A DNA stretch of 64,000 nt from Acidimicrobiales bacterium (GCA_963667085.2 OY762975.1:2480221-2544220), one strand, 5' to 3'; counted from the first letter of the stretch, positions 29,993 through 40,064 are shown. Program-made: numbers and translations. Notes: generated from the letters alone by a model not told the origin.

Positions 29993-31144
29993 CTAGGTCC
30001 GGTAGCGCCAGGCGATGTGCGAGGAGCGTCGGGCGATTTGGGCCTGTCGGTCTACCGGGGGCAGGTTGAGCTCGCTGAGGGGGACGATCTGGGCGTCCAC
30101 CACCGGGGTGTCGGGTGGGTCCCACCAGCGGAAGGTGCACAGCACGGAATCCCGTCCCTCAGTGTCTAGCCAATTGGCGCCGCCGGGGTCGGTGCCAGCG
30201 ATGACGATGGGGCCGGGTTCGATCAGCGCGTGGTTGAGGCAGGTGAGCCGGTTGGTGAAGTCGAGGGCCTCATACCATGGCCGGTTGTAAAGCTGGACGT
30301 CCCACATGGCAGCGCCCCCATGGTCGACCTTCACTACCAGTGCCTCGTGTGGTTCCAAGGCCACGCCAGCGTGGCTATAGATCAGGGTCTTCACGCCGCG
30401 GCCCATTCCGGCTGGAGGGAGGAATGTGTTGGAGGGCTGATCGCCGAGCATTCGCTCCTGGTATTCGTTCCAAAATGCGAAGGAGTGCTCGATCTCGCCG
30501 AGGGCAGTTCCGAGGATGGCGGCGGCATCGATTTCCGGTTTGGGCTCGCCAACGGTATCGAGGCGCTCGATGACGAAGGTGGCTGGCTCGGCGGGCTGCC
30601 AGTCGAAGTAGTAGTCGCGGATATGAATGAACGACGCCTCAGGATCAAGCGGCAACCAGCTTCTGCTCTCGCTGCTGCGCTCTTCACCCCCGAGAAGGAT
30701 GTTGATCTTGTCACCCGGGCCAATTCCGAGGCTTGATCCGGTGACCTCGAGCCCCACCCCCGCACCGCCGCTTTGCGTGGCGCCGAGCTTGACTTGGAGC
30801 ACGAATTCCTCGCAGGCACCCATGTGACCCGAGATCCGGTACACCCCGTCACCGTCGATCGCGGTCCTACGGGCCACCTGATCGGCGTTGGCCCCGCCCC
30901 ACTGATAGACGGGATCGCTGCTCCGGAAGAAGGCAGGATGGCGAGGATCGTTGTGGCCGATCGCATAAGTAAGCCAACACGCCACCTGATTGGCCAGGTG
31001 CCGCTGCCCCTCATCATCCAGGCCATCTCCGAGGGTGGCAATCCGGTCGCAGAACTCGCGCCAAGTCGTCATAGCTGTCATGCAAAATAGACCACCCTCC
31101 ACCCGGCAGCGACCCTCAAACCGGCAAGGGTGACTGCCTTCCAT
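29993..31144 (-). CDS. DUF1214-like protein (paralog, convergent)
   Basis: 383-aa ORF; the start is probably ATG 31081 (MTAMTTWREF). Motifs ...GGANADQVARRTAIDGDGVYRISGH... and ...ANWLDTEGRDSVLCTFRWWDP. Confidence 0.6.
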   Translation of the reverse strand: MEGSHPCRFEGRCRVEGGLFCMTAMTTWREFCDRIATLGDGLDDEGQRHLANQVACWLTYAIGHNDPRHPAFFRSSDPVYQWGGANADQVARRTAIDGDGVYRISGHMGACEEFVLQVKLGATQSGGAGVGLEVTGSSLGIGPGDKINILLGGEERSSESRSWLPLDPEASFIHIRDYYFDWQPAEPATFVIERLDTVGEPKPEIDAAAILGTALGEIEHSFAFWNEYQERMLGDQPSNTFLPPAGMGRGVKTLIYSHAGVALEPHEALVVKVDHGGAAMWDVQLYNRPWYEALDFTNRLTCLNHALIEPGPIVIAGTDPGGANWLDTEGRDSVLCTFRWWDPPDTPVVDAQIVPLSELNLPPVDRQAQIARRSSHIAWRYRT

Positions 31145-31232
31145 TGGCAGCGGTGGAATTCAACAAAGATCACCGAGCCTCCTAGCTGGTAAGCCATAAG
31201 GCGGGAGCTGCCCGTCGTCAGGAGACATCTGC

Positions 31233-32057
31233 ATGCGAATTGAACCGCTCACGGCGGCAATTGGGGCCGAGTTATGCGACATCAACCTCGGGGATCTCGA
31301 TGCTGAAGCGGCGGGCCGGCTTCGGGCCGCCATTTTGGAGTACAAGGTGGTGGGCATCAGGGACCAGTTCCTCGACGATGCTGGTCATGTCCGACTGGCT
31401 GAGTCGCTCGGCGAGCCGTGGATTCACCCCATGGACCGCCTGGCTGGGGTTGACCGGGCTGAGCCGTCGGAGTTGCGGGTCAAGAGCGACCATCAGTTGC
31501 TGACCGACCGATGGCACTTGGATGTGCTGTATGCGCCCAATCCGCCCGCCTTCGGCATCTTGCGGGCAATTGATGTGCCGCCGGTGGGCGGCGACACTAT
31601 GTGGGCCAATTTGGTGCTGGCCGCCTCGTGGCTTCCCGACGAGCTACGGGGGCAGTTGCAAGGGCGCTTCACAATGCACAGCGTGCCTGACACGTTGATC
31701 AATCTGAAGCAGGCGTTATTCCCAGACTTCGACCCTCAGATCTGGCGTGAAAACCTCCAAGGGGTGCGCCAGCCACTACTGCGCCGCCACCCTGAGACAG
31801 GGGAGGAGGCGGTATTTTGTGTCGGAGACGCCTCCGTTGACGGGCTCGATGACGATGCCAGCCATGCCCTTATGGCCGCCGTCACTGAACACGCCACCAA
31901 TCCCAGCGTGACCTGCCGCTGGCGCTGGCACAACGGGGATGTCGTGATCTGGGATGAGCGATGCACGGCCCACTTCGCCGTGCGCGATCCATGGGAGGGC
32001 GATCGCGTGCTGCGACGACTGTTGGTGGAGGGTGATTGCCCAGTAGCGGCCAGCTAG
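31233..32057 (+). CDS. TauD/TfdA-family Fe(II)/2-oxoglutarate dioxygenase
   Basis: 274 aa with WHLDVLY (H-x-D) and PPVGGDTMWAN. SD aggaga lies upstream. Confidence 0.85.
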   Translation: MRIEPLTAAIGAELCDINLGDLDAEAAGRLRAAILEYKVVGIRDQFLDDAGHVRLAESLGEPWIHPMDRLAGVDRAEPSELRVKSDHQLLTDRWHLDVLYAPNPPAFGILRAIDVPPVGGDTMWANLVLAASWLPDELRGQLQGRFTMHSVPDTLINLKQALFPDFDPQIWRENLQGVRQPLLRRHPETGEEAVFCVGDASVDGLDDDASHALMAAVTEHATNPSVTCRWRWHNGDVVIWDERCTAHFAVRDPWEGDRVLRRLLVEGDCPVAAS

Positions 32058-32095
32058 TCGCCCGTAGTATCGATGACGGACCCACTTGCTTGAAC

Positions 32096-33391
32096 ATGAC
32101 GGATTCACTGGACGACAGGATTCAGCGGCTGCTCGACCGCGATGAGGAATTGCTGGCTTGTCCATGGCCGCTATTCGACGACGTGCGGGACGTGTCAGAG
32201 CCGGCGTTCTACAGCGAGGCTATGGGAGCCTGGGTCATCACTAGCTACGAGCTGCTGCACGACGTTCTGGTCGATCCCGAGACCTGGTCGAATCGATCGC
32301 CAACGGCGACCTATGACTTCCGAAACCCGGTGGCCGACCACGCCGCGGCCATCGCTCAGGAGCCGCAGATGGCTGAGGTGGTCAGCCGGTTCCGAAGCCG
32401 CAATCGGGGGCGGGTGCTCAACACCGCCGATCCGCCCGAGCACGTTCGGCAGCGCCGGGCGCTCAACCGGGCGTTCCGTCCTGCTCGGCTGCGGGCGCTG
32501 GAGCCCGAGGTCATAGCGGTATCAGATCAGCTTGTTGCGGAGTTCGCCCATCGGGGCCGGGCCGATCTGTTTCGCGAGTATGCCGTGTTGTTGCCCATGG
32601 TGATGATCTCCCGAATGCTCGGCGTCCCCGAGGAGGAGCTCGAAGTATTCAAAGGGTGGTCGGATGCCTTCGCCATTCCCATCGGCCGGGCCAACCCAAG
32701 CCGTGACGAAGTGCGCAGCTACATCAGATCGGAATCCGAGTTCGAGGACTATTTCTCAGCCATGATCGAACAGCGCCAGTCTGAGCCCCGAGACGATCTG
32801 ATATCGGACGTGGCCAACGCCGAGGTTGACGGCGAGCCATTGACTGATGAAGAGCGGATAAGTGCCTTGCGGCAGTTTCTGCTGGCAGGCAATGAGACCA
32901 CCACCACGTTGTTGGCCAACATCGGCCACCGCCTCGCCACCGACCATGAGCTGCGCGGCCGGCTGGCCGACGATCGGGAACTGGTGCCCGCCTTTGTGGA
33001 AGAGGCCCTCCGTCACGAAGCGCCGGTAACCGGACTATTCCGCGTCGCCACCCGAGACACCCAACTCGGCGACTTGCCAGTGGCTGAGGGAGAATTCGCT
33101 TGGCTGGCGTTCGCGGCTGCAAACCGAGATCCTGAAGCCTGCCCAATGCCTGACGCCTTCAACATCGAACGAGATCCCAACGACCATGTGGCCTTCGGAT
33201 ACGGCGAGCACTACTGCATCGGCCAGGGACTGGCCCGCCTTGAGGCCAAGGTGGGCACGAACGCCATGTTGGACCTGTCCAATTTGGCGCTCGCCGACGA
33301 CCACAGCGACACCTTCATGGACAGCTACATCCTGCGAGGCCGCACCCAGCTGCTAGTCACCTTCGACCCACTAGGGGAGGGCAGACCATGA
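32096..33391 (+). CDS. cytochrome P450
   Basis: ORF trimmed to ATG 32096 (MTDSLDDRIQ). Motifs LLAGNETTT, EALRHEAP and the Cys-ligand loop FGYGEHYCIGQGLA. Confidence 0.9.
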   Translation: MTDSLDDRIQRLLDRDEELLACPWPLFDDVRDVSEPAFYSEAMGAWVITSYELLHDVLVDPETWSNRSPTATYDFRNPVADHAAAIAQEPQMAEVVSRFRSRNRGRVLNTADPPEHVRQRRALNRAFRPARLRALEPEVIAVSDQLVAEFAHRGRADLFREYAVLLPMVMISRMLGVPEEELEVFKGWSDAFAIPIGRANPSRDEVRSYIRSESEFEDYFSAMIEQRQSEPRDDLISDVANAEVDGEPLTDEERISALRQFLLAGNETTTTLLANIGHRLATDHELRGRLADDRELVPAFVEEALRHEAPVTGLFRVATRDTQLGDLPVAEGEFAWLAFAAANRDPEACPMPDAFNIERDPNDHVAFGYGEHYCIGQGLARLEAKVGTNAMLDLSNLALADDHSDTFMDSYILRGRTQLLVTFDPLGEGRP

Positions 33392-34182
33392 CCACTCGGA
33401 GCGATAACAGAGTCGCCATCGTCACCGGGGCCCGCCCCTGGGGAGTAGGCGGGGCGACGGCGCGGGCCCTTGCCCAGCGGGGCTACGACATCGCGCTGGT
33501 TGACCTCCGCCAGGACTGGGGGGAGCAGAGCGCCGAGGCCATTAGTGAAGAGACTGGGCAGCGGGCGATCTGGGTGCGGGCCGACGTTTCGAATCGTGAT
33601 GATGTCGCAGAGATGGCCGATACCGTGCTCGGAGAGTTCGGCCGCATTGACGCCCTGGTCAACAACGCCGCGGTTGGCGGGGCAAGCAGCACCGAGGACT
33701 TCGAAGTTGAGGAGTTCAACCGAACCATCGGCGTCAACCTGCTGGGTCCGATGCTCTGCACCCAGGCCGTCATTCCGGCAATGAAGGAGGCCGGCTACGG
33801 CCGGGTTGTCAGCATTGCCTCGACGGCGCCCTTCAACCCGCCGCCGGCCGACATGAGTCCGGTGTCGCTCTACAACGCGGCCAAGGGAGGCCTGATCGCC
33901 TGGACCAAGTCGGCGGCGGCCGAGCTAGCGCCCTACGGCATCGTCGTGAACGTTGTCGCCCTCGGAGGGATTTCCACCGGGGGTATGGGCAGTGAGAACC
34001 CACCGACACCGGAGCAGGACGAACACATGCTGAACGTGGTGCATCGAGGGCTGCTGCCGTGGGGTCGGCTGCTGGGAGTCGACGAGGCGGCCGACGTCAT
34101 CGCCTACGCCGCTTCTGCCCCGAGCCACGCGATGTTGGGGGCGACCATTCACGCCAGCGGCGGGCGGGTCATGCCGCTCTAG
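33388..34182 (+). CDS. SDR-family oxidoreductase
   Basis: 264 aa with an ATGA overlap with the P450 stop. Motifs VTGARPWGVGGA and YNAAKGG (YxxxK). Confidence 0.9.
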   Translation: MTTRSDNRVAIVTGARPWGVGGATARALAQRGYDIALVDLRQDWGEQSAEAISEETGQRAIWVRADVSNRDDVAEMADTVLGEFGRIDALVNNAAVGGASSTEDFEVEEFNRTIGVNLLGPMLCTQAVIPAMKEAGYGRVVSIASTAPFNPPPADMSPVSLYNAAKGGLIAWTKSAAAELAPYGIVVNVVALGGISTGGMGSENPPTPEQDEHMLNVVHRGLLPWGRLLGVDEAADVIAYAASAPSHAMLGATIHASGGRVMPL

Positions 34183-34230
34183 CCGCGGCGGGAGAGAAGT
34201 CTCAGAGAAACCAAGAGAGAGGGGCAGGCA

Positions 34231-34740
34231 ATGGAAAACGGGCACACGATCCGCCGGGTGGTCACCGGGCATGATGCCGGCGGTCGGTCGGTGATCGTCT
34301 TCAACGATGAGCACGACTACAAGCGCCGGGTGCAAATTTGGACCACAGAGGGCTCCCCGACCGACAACTCTGGCGAGGTAGTCGACGCCGCAGAGCGCGA
34401 GACTCGCCTCGAAGCCCCACCGCAGGGATCGATGTTCTGGTTGGTGGAGCTTCCACCGGTCCAAGACCTCGCTCCAGGAGCAGCGGCGGAAACAGCGGAG
34501 CGGCTCGCCAAGGAAGGTGCCGTCACGCACCGCGACAGCCGCCCCGGAATGCACACGACCAGGACGATCGACTACATGGTGGTGCTCGACGGCGAGGTCA
34601 CCTTGTTACTGGACGACGGCGAGGTCACTCTGCACAAGTACGACACGGTGGTCCAGCGTGGGACAGCGCACCACTGGGAGAACCGTGGCACCGAGCCGGC
34701 CCGCCTTGCCTTTGTACTGCTTGACGCGCAGCCGCTCTAA
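34231..34740 (+). CDS. cupin-domain protein
   Basis: 169 aa. The C-terminal half reads MHTTRTIDYMVVLDGEVTLLLDDGEVTLHKYDTVVQRGTAHHWENRG, typical of a cupin barrel. Confidence 0.75.
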   Translation: MENGHTIRRVVTGHDAGGRSVIVFNDEHDYKRRVQIWTTEGSPTDNSGEVVDAAERETRLEAPPQGSMFWLVELPPVQDLAPGAAAETAERLAKEGAVTHRDSRPGMHTTRTIDYMVVLDGEVTLLLDDGEVTLHKYDTVVQRGTAHHWENRGTEPARLAFVLLDAQPL

Positions 34741-34786
34741 AGGAGCTGACGCAAGATCAGGGCTATCCCACCGGCGAGAGCCACGA

Positions 34787-35206
34787 TCAGACCTTCTTGG
34801 GGTCGGGGATGCCGGGGCGGGTGCCCTCTTTGTGCTCGACAAACTCGATGAGGTAGCCGTCGAAGTCCCTCACATAGGCCATGATCACCGGCCAGCGGTC
34901 CAGGTGGGTGGGCTCCATGACCGACTCACAGCCGGCGTCGATGGCCCTCTGGTAGAGCCGCTCGCAGTCACTCGTGTTGATGTAGATCTTCCACATGGCA
35001 GTGCCCATGTCGATGGGTCCCTCGTTGTCAAGGTGTTGGGCCAGTTGAAGGCGCGACCCGCCGTGAGGCGATTGGATCACGGCCTCAAGGGCACCGGGAA
35101 TCTCCAGGCGGTGCTGGAGTTCGAGTTCGCACACGTCTACCCAGAACTCGAGTGCCCGGTCCATGTCCTCCACGTTGATGCAGTATTGGGCCAGGATCTG
35201 CGTCAT
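34787..35206 (-). CDS. VOC-family (glyoxalase/bleomycin-resistance/dioxygenase) protein
   Basis: 139 aa with paired beta-alpha-beta-beta-beta modules (YCINVEDMDRALEFW ... MAYVRDFDGYLIEFVE). Confidence 0.8.
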   Translation of the reverse strand: MTQILAQYCINVEDMDRALEFWVDVCELELQHRLEIPGALEAVIQSPHGGSRLQLAQHLDNEGPIDMGTAMWKIYINTSDCERLYQRAIDAGCESVMEPTHLDRWPVIMAYVRDFDGYLIEFVEHKEGTRPGIPDPKKV

Positions 35207-35313
35207 CTGTCCTCCTTGGGCGCGCCACTAGTGAGCTATTGCCAGAGTGACAGTACAGTGTGATCAGCGCTCTAGCCGTTGTACTCAGCAAGAACTCAAG
35301 AGGGAGCTGACCA

Positions 35314-36603
35314 ATGCCCAGTCCTGTCGCCGGTGTTGACCAGAGCAACGCCCCATACATCATCGTTTCATCCGACACTCACGCTGGGCTGTTCGTCGAG
35401 GACTACCGGGAGTATCTTGAGTCGGCCCTCCACCCGGAGTTCGACGAATGGCTGGTCACCCGCCACCAGCACCGGGCCATGGTCGAGGAGCTCAACGGCG
35501 AGTACGTCGAGCAGTGGGAGAGCGAGAACGAGATCGGGTTGAAGGGCGCCTACGACCCGGAGATCCGCGACAAGACCCTTGATGCCGACGGCGTTGCCGG
35601 AGAGATCATCTTCGCTGACGGCGACGCGGTAACCGGCATGGAGGCCCCGCCGTTCGGGGCCGGCCTGTCGGCCGGGCAGATCACCGACTCGCGACGGGCC
35701 TGGGCTGGGGCTCGGGCCCACAACCGCTGGCTTGAGGAGTTCTGCGCTACCAATCCACCCCGCCGGGCCGGGGTCGCCCTGGTGCCGATCACCCACGGCA
35801 TCGACGAGGCGGTGAAGGAGATCGAGACGCTGGCAGGCAAGCCCGGCATCAGGGGCATCATGATCCCCACCATGTGGCATGAGCACCCTTCGTACGGCCA
35901 CCAGAGCTACGACCCGGTGTGGGCCGCCTGTGCGGAGGCCGGGCTCGTCGTGCATACCCACTCCGGCGAAGCCGACACGCCGTCGTACAACGAGAACATG
36001 GCCCAGTACATGCTCGAGGTGGCGTTTTGGACCCACCGCCCCCTTTGGCAACTGCTGTTCTCCGGAGCTTTCGACCGCCATCCCAATCTGCGGTACGCGC
36101 CGGTGGAGTGCGGCTCGTGGTGGCTTGGCGACCTCTTGTTCAAAGCCGACGCCATGTTCGGAGGCCGCAACTGGAAGGTGAAGAAGATGAGCTCGCGCAC
36201 CAAGGACCTCATCCAGCGCCTGCCATCGGAGTACATCGGCACCAACGTGTTCATCGGCGCTTCCACAATGAGCAAGGTGGAGCTGCGGCGCCGCTACATG
36301 AATGGCGTCGACGCCCTCATGTGGGGTACCGACTACCCCCACCCCGAGGGCAGCTGGCCCAACACCATTGAGCGACTAGAGACGGACTTCCAGGAGATCC
36401 CTGTGGAGGAGACTCGCCTGCTGCTCGGGCTCAACGCGGTGCGCTGCTACAACCTCGACATCGACGGGCTGGCGAACATTGCCAGCCAGATCGGGCCGAC
36501 ACCCGAGCAGCTCAACCAAGACCTCGGCCTGCGGACCGATCCCAACGCCATCCGCGAGGCCCGGTTCTGGTTCGACGACTACAACATCGAGTGGCCTGAT
36601 TGA
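35314..36603 (+). CDS. amidohydrolase-2-type metal-dependent hydrolase/decarboxylase family protein
   Basis: 429 aa with IIVSSDTHAG near the N-terminus, HTHSGE, and WGTDYPHPEGSW near the C-terminus. Confidence 0.7.
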   Translation: MPSPVAGVDQSNAPYIIVSSDTHAGLFVEDYREYLESALHPEFDEWLVTRHQHRAMVEELNGEYVEQWESENEIGLKGAYDPEIRDKTLDADGVAGEIIFADGDAVTGMEAPPFGAGLSAGQITDSRRAWAGARAHNRWLEEFCATNPPRRAGVALVPITHGIDEAVKEIETLAGKPGIRGIMIPTMWHEHPSYGHQSYDPVWAACAEAGLVVHTHSGEADTPSYNENMAQYMLEVAFWTHRPLWQLLFSGAFDRHPNLRYAPVECGSWWLGDLLFKADAMFGGRNWKVKKMSSRTKDLIQRLPSEYIGTNVFIGASTMSKVELRRRYMNGVDALMWGTDYPHPEGSWPNTIERLETDFQEIPVEETRLLLGLNAVRCYNLDIDGLANIASQIGPTPEQLNQDLGLRTDPNAIREARFWFDDYNIEWPD

Positions 36604-36643
36604 TTTGATCGGCCCAACGCTTGCCGAGGATCAATCTCCGGCG

Positions 36644-36672
36644 TTGACAGCTTGAAGACGTATTCATAACCT
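36644..36672 (+). promoter_or_regulatory. promoter TTGACA-17 nt-TAACCT with embedded LacI-type palindrome TGAAGACGTATTCA
   Basis: -35 at 36644-36649, 14-bp CG-centred imperfect palindrome at 36653-36666 (12/14 self-complementary), and -10 at 36667-36672. It is nearly the same 27-bp motif as at 37699-37727. Confidence 0.45.
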
Positions 36673-36705
36673 CCGACCACACCTATCAGCAAGACCGGAG
36701 CAGCA

Positions 36706-37674
36706 GTGAAGGGATTCGATCCAAAATTCAGCGACCTGCCCGACTACATCCTTGGCATCACCAAGGAGATCTGGGAAGAGCGCGGCGTTGATGCCCTCCA
36801 CCGCTATTACGCGCCGAAGCTCACCGTCCGCTCGCCAGAAGGGGTGGTTATCGGCAACGAAGGGGTCATAGGCGCAACCCTGGCGACTCTCGCGGAATTT
36901 CCTGATCGACAGTTGCTCGGCGAGGATGTCATCTGGAGCGGGGACGAGGACCGCGGCTTTCTGTCGTCCCACCGCATCTACTCAACGGCAACCCATCTCG
37001 GCGATGGTGCCTATGGGCCTGCGAGCGGAACGCGCTTGGGATACAGGATCATTGCCGACTGCGCCTGTCGAGAGAATCAGGTCTACGACGAATGGCTCAT
37101 CCGAGACCAAGGAGCGATCATCCGCCAACTGGGTCTCGATCCCAAGCGGTTCGCGGCCGATCAGATCGCCAGCGAGGGTGGAATTTCAAAGGCAAAACAA
37201 CCTTTTTCACCGGCAATCGACCAAGAAGCCCTCTACCAAGGGACCGGCAACGATCATGAGGCCGGCGCCCAATACGCTGACGCATTGGAGCAGATCATGC
37301 ACGGCCGCTTGGCTGTGATCCCCGAGGTATTTGATCGCGCCGTCCATCTCGAATTGCCTGGTGGGCAGACCGGCCATGGGTGGGGCGACGCCGACGCCTT
37401 CTGGCTGGGGTTGCGCAGTGCATTTCCCGACGCAGCCTTCCGCGTCCACCATCGGATAGGGCGAAGCGATGGGGGAATGGCTCCGCGGGCCGCGTTGCGC
37501 TGGTCGCTCGACGGCATCCACGACGGTTGGGGAGCGTTCGGAACCCCGACGGGGGCACCAGTTCACGTGATGGGTCTTAGCCACGCCGAGTTCGGCCCAT
37601 GGGGGCTGCGACGCGAATACGTGCTCTACGACGAGACAGCCATTTGGAAGCAGATACTCCTGCACACTGGGTGA
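36706..37674 (+). CDS. double NTF2-like (SnoaL/ester-cyclase-like) protein
   Basis: 322 aa with two tandem ~150-aa halves. The first begins ILGITKEIWEERGVDALHRYYAP. The family call is tentative. Confidence 0.6.
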   Translation: MKGFDPKFSDLPDYILGITKEIWEERGVDALHRYYAPKLTVRSPEGVVIGNEGVIGATLATLAEFPDRQLLGEDVIWSGDEDRGFLSSHRIYSTATHLGDGAYGPASGTRLGYRIIADCACRENQVYDEWLIRDQGAIIRQLGLDPKRFAADQIASEGGISKAKQPFSPAIDQEALYQGTGNDHEAGAQYADALEQIMHGRLAVIPEVFDRAVHLELPGGQTGHGWGDADAFWLGLRSAFPDAAFRVHHRIGRSDGGMAPRAALRWSLDGIHDGWGAFGTPTGAPVHVMGLSHAEFGPWGLRREYVLYDETAIWKQILLHTG

Positions 37675-37698
37675 CAAAACTTTGGAAATCGCTGCGGT

Positions 37699-37727
37699 TT
37701 GACAGCATGACTACGTATTCATAGGGT
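37699..37727 (+). promoter_or_regulatory. promoter TTGACA-17 nt-TAGGGT with embedded LacI-type palindrome TGACTACGTATTCA
   Basis: -35 at 37699-37704, palindrome at 37708-37721 (12/14 self-complementary), and -10 at 37722-37727. The GTG 37736 of the LacI ORF lies 8 nt downstream, so the transcript may be leaderless. Confidence 0.45.
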
Positions 37728-37735
37728 CGCGGCTC

Positions 37736-38788
37736 GTGGGGGCCAGGCCGGAGGAGAAATCCTCTGCTGAGGTGCGGAGCCAGCAGCAAGCCAACCGACG
37801 GGTGACGTCGGTAGATGTGGCTGCGGAGAGTGGAGTGTCTCAAGCTACCGTGGCCCGCGTCTTCTCATCGCCCGACAAAGTCTCGCCCGCGACCAGAGAG
37901 AAGGTCCGCTCCGCGGCAGATCGGTTGGGCTACGTGCCCAATGCCATTGCTCGCAGCCTCAAGTCGCAGCGAACCAACATCGTGGGGGCGGTGGTTCCGG
38001 CCTACGGCGAATACTGGCAGAGCGTGCTGGCCGAGTTCTCCCGCCAGTTGGCCCAGCGTTCATACCAGCTGCTGTTGTTCAGCTTCGCCAAACCCGAAGA
38101 TGTAGACGGCGCGCTGGGGTCAGTAGCCCAGTACCGCCTAGACGGCGTGATCCTGGCATCGGCGACCATTGGTCAGGCCCAACTGGGCAGAATGCAGTCT
38201 TCGCCTCTGCCGTCGGTGGCTTTCAACCAGCCGGCTGCTGAGGGCTTGGTTCCGTCAGTCTCGGTCGACAACGAGGCAGGCATGGCCGAGTTGGCTCAGC
38301 ATCTGGTTGACATGAGGGTGGGTACTGCGCTGTACATCGGCGGGGTGTCGTCGGTTTCGACTGATCAGGTGAGATACCGGGGTGCGGTGCAAGCTCTCGC
38401 CGAGCACGGCGTGGCGTGTCCCTATATGGAGGCCGGCGCTTACACCTACGATGCCGGCTACAAGGCCGCAGGCCAACTGGCCCAGCGAGACAACTTGCCC
38501 GAGGCGGTGATGGTCGGCAGTGACGAGGTGGCGTTCGGGGTGCTCGACGGCCTGGAGAATGCGGGAATATCCGCTCCTCGTGACCTGCTTCTCACCGGTT
38601 TCGATGGACTTCCGCAGGCGAGTTGGGCCGGCTACGACCTCACCACCCTGGTCCAGGCCACTGACGTGCTCGTGGCCCAGGCAATCGACGTGCTGCTCAA
38701 TTCCAACAGCGCCGCCGACCGGCCGGCCTCGGTTGTGGTGCCTGGGACGATTCGCCACGGGAAGACCACGAGGAAGTTCGATGCCTGA
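37736..38788 (+). CDS. LacI-family transcriptional regulator
   Basis: [24 protein letters not shown] followed by a periplasmic-binding-fold effector domain. Possible starts are GTG 37736, 37772 or 37802. Confidence 0.88.
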   Translation: MGARPEEKSSAEVRSQQQANRRVTSVDVAAESGVSQATVARVFSSPDKVSPATREKVRSAADRLGYVPNAIARSLKSQRTNIVGAVVPAYGEYWQSVLAEFSRQLAQRSYQLLLFSFAKPEDVDGALGSVAQYRLDGVILASATIGQAQLGRMQSSPLPSVAFNQPAAEGLVPSVSVDNEAGMAELAQHLVDMRVGTALYIGGVSSVSTDQVRYRGAVQALAEHGVACPYMEAGAYTYDAGYKAAGQLAQRDNLPEAVMVGSDEVAFGVLDGLENAGISAPRDLLLTGFDGLPQASWAGYDLTTLVQATDVLVAQAIDVLLNSNSAADRPASVVVPGTIRHGKTTRKFDA

Positions 38789-40064
38789 GGTTCTCAAGGG
38801 CGCAGCGGCGAAGCGGGCCCATGGCACCGATCCCGAATTGGCTGAGCAGGTCCGCCTTCTCATTGCCGACATCGAGGCCCGCGGCGAGACCGCGGTGAGA
38901 GAGATGTCCCGAGACTTCGACAACTGGTCGCCAGAGCAGTTCCAGCTGAGCCCCGAACGAATCGAGGAGATCGTGGCCGGCGTCGATCCGGGCACGGTCG
39001 ATGACATCCGCTTCGCCCAGACCCAGATTCGGAACTTCGCTGAGGCTCAACTCGCATCGATCGGCGACACTGAGGTCGAGACCATGCCAGGGGTGGTGTT
39101 GGGCCACAAGAGCATTCCGGTCGGCTCTGTCGGCGCCTACGTGCCCGGAGGGCGCTATCCGATGGTGGCGTCGGCCCACATGAGCGTTCTCACCGCCAAG
39201 GTCGCCGGTGTCCCCAGGGTTGCTGCCTGCACGCCTCCGATCAACGGGGGAGTGCCTGCCGAGACGGTAACGGCCATGCACCTCGCCGGCGCCGATGAGA
39301 TATATCTCCTGGGAGGGGTTCAGGCCGTGGCGTCTCTGGCGCTTGGAACCGACTTCGTCGATTCTGTCGATGTTCTCGTTGGTCCCGGGAACGCGTTCGT
39401 GGCCGAGGCCAAGCGGCAGCTCTACGGCAGGGTCGGCATCGACCTCCCGGCTGGTCCCACGGAGACACTGCTCTTGGCCGACGACACGGTGGACGGCGAG
39501 ATTTGCGCCACCGATCTCTTAGGGCAGGCCGAGCACGGTCCGACTTCACCGGCCGTGCTGCTCACCACCTCTCGCAGGCTCGGGCTCGAGACATTGGCCG
39601 AGGTGGACCGCCAACTCGAAACCCTGCCGACGGCCGATGTCGCCTCGAAAGCATGGGCCGACTACGGGCGGGTCATCGCCTGCGAGGACAAGGCGGAGAT
39701 GCTGGCCATGGCAAACGAACTGGCGTTCGAGCACGTCCAAGTCATGACCTCCGACGACGACTACTTCCTGGAGAACATGACCAACTACGGCGCTCTCTTC
39801 CTGGGCCCGATGACCAATGTGTCCTACGGCGACAAGGTGATCGGCACCAACCACACGCTCCCCACCCAGGGCGCGGCCCGCTACACCGGCGGACTGTGGG
39901 TTGGAAAATTCATCAAGACTGTGACCTACCAGCGGGTTACCGATCCGGAGTCGAGCGCCCTCATCGGGGAATATTGCAGCAGGCTGTGTGCGATTGAGAA
40001 CTTCTCCGGCCATCAGGCCCAGGCTGACATCAGAGTCAGACGTTACGGCGGAGCCAGAGCATGA
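38781..40064 (+). CDS. histidinol-dehydrogenase-family (HisD-like) NAD-dependent dehydrogenase
   Basis: ORF 38520-40064 trimmed to ATG 38781, an 8-nt overlap with the LacI stop. Motifs [16 protein letters not shown] and [20 protein letters not shown], matching the HisD Zn/substrate motifs. Confidence 0.85.
   Translation: MPEVLKGAAAKRAHGTDPELAEQVRLLIADIEARGETAVREMSRDFDNWSPEQFQLSPERIEEIVAGVDPGTVDDIRFAQTQIRNFAEAQLASIGDTEVETMPGVVLGHKSIPVGSVGAYVPGGRYPMVASAHMSVLTAKVAGVPRVAACTPPINGGVPAETVTAMHLAGADEIYLLGGVQAVASLALGTDFVDSVDVLVGPGNAFVAEAKRQLYGRVGIDLPAGPTETLLLADDTVDGEICATDLLGQAEHGPTSPAVLLTTSRRLGLETLAEVDRQLETLPTADVASKAWADYGRVIACEDKAEMLAMANELAFEHVQVMTSDDDYFLENMTNYGALFLGPMTNVSYGDKVIGTNHTLPTQGAARYTGGLWVGKFIKTVTYQRVTDPESSALIGEYCSRLCAIENFSGHQAQADIRVRRYGGARA

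Noticed and set aside
38520-38780. N-terminal extension of the HisD-like ORF into the LacI gene
   Set aside because: It overlaps the C-terminal effector domain of LacI. ATG 38781 ([12 protein letters not shown]) gives a standard ~428-aa HisD-length protein.
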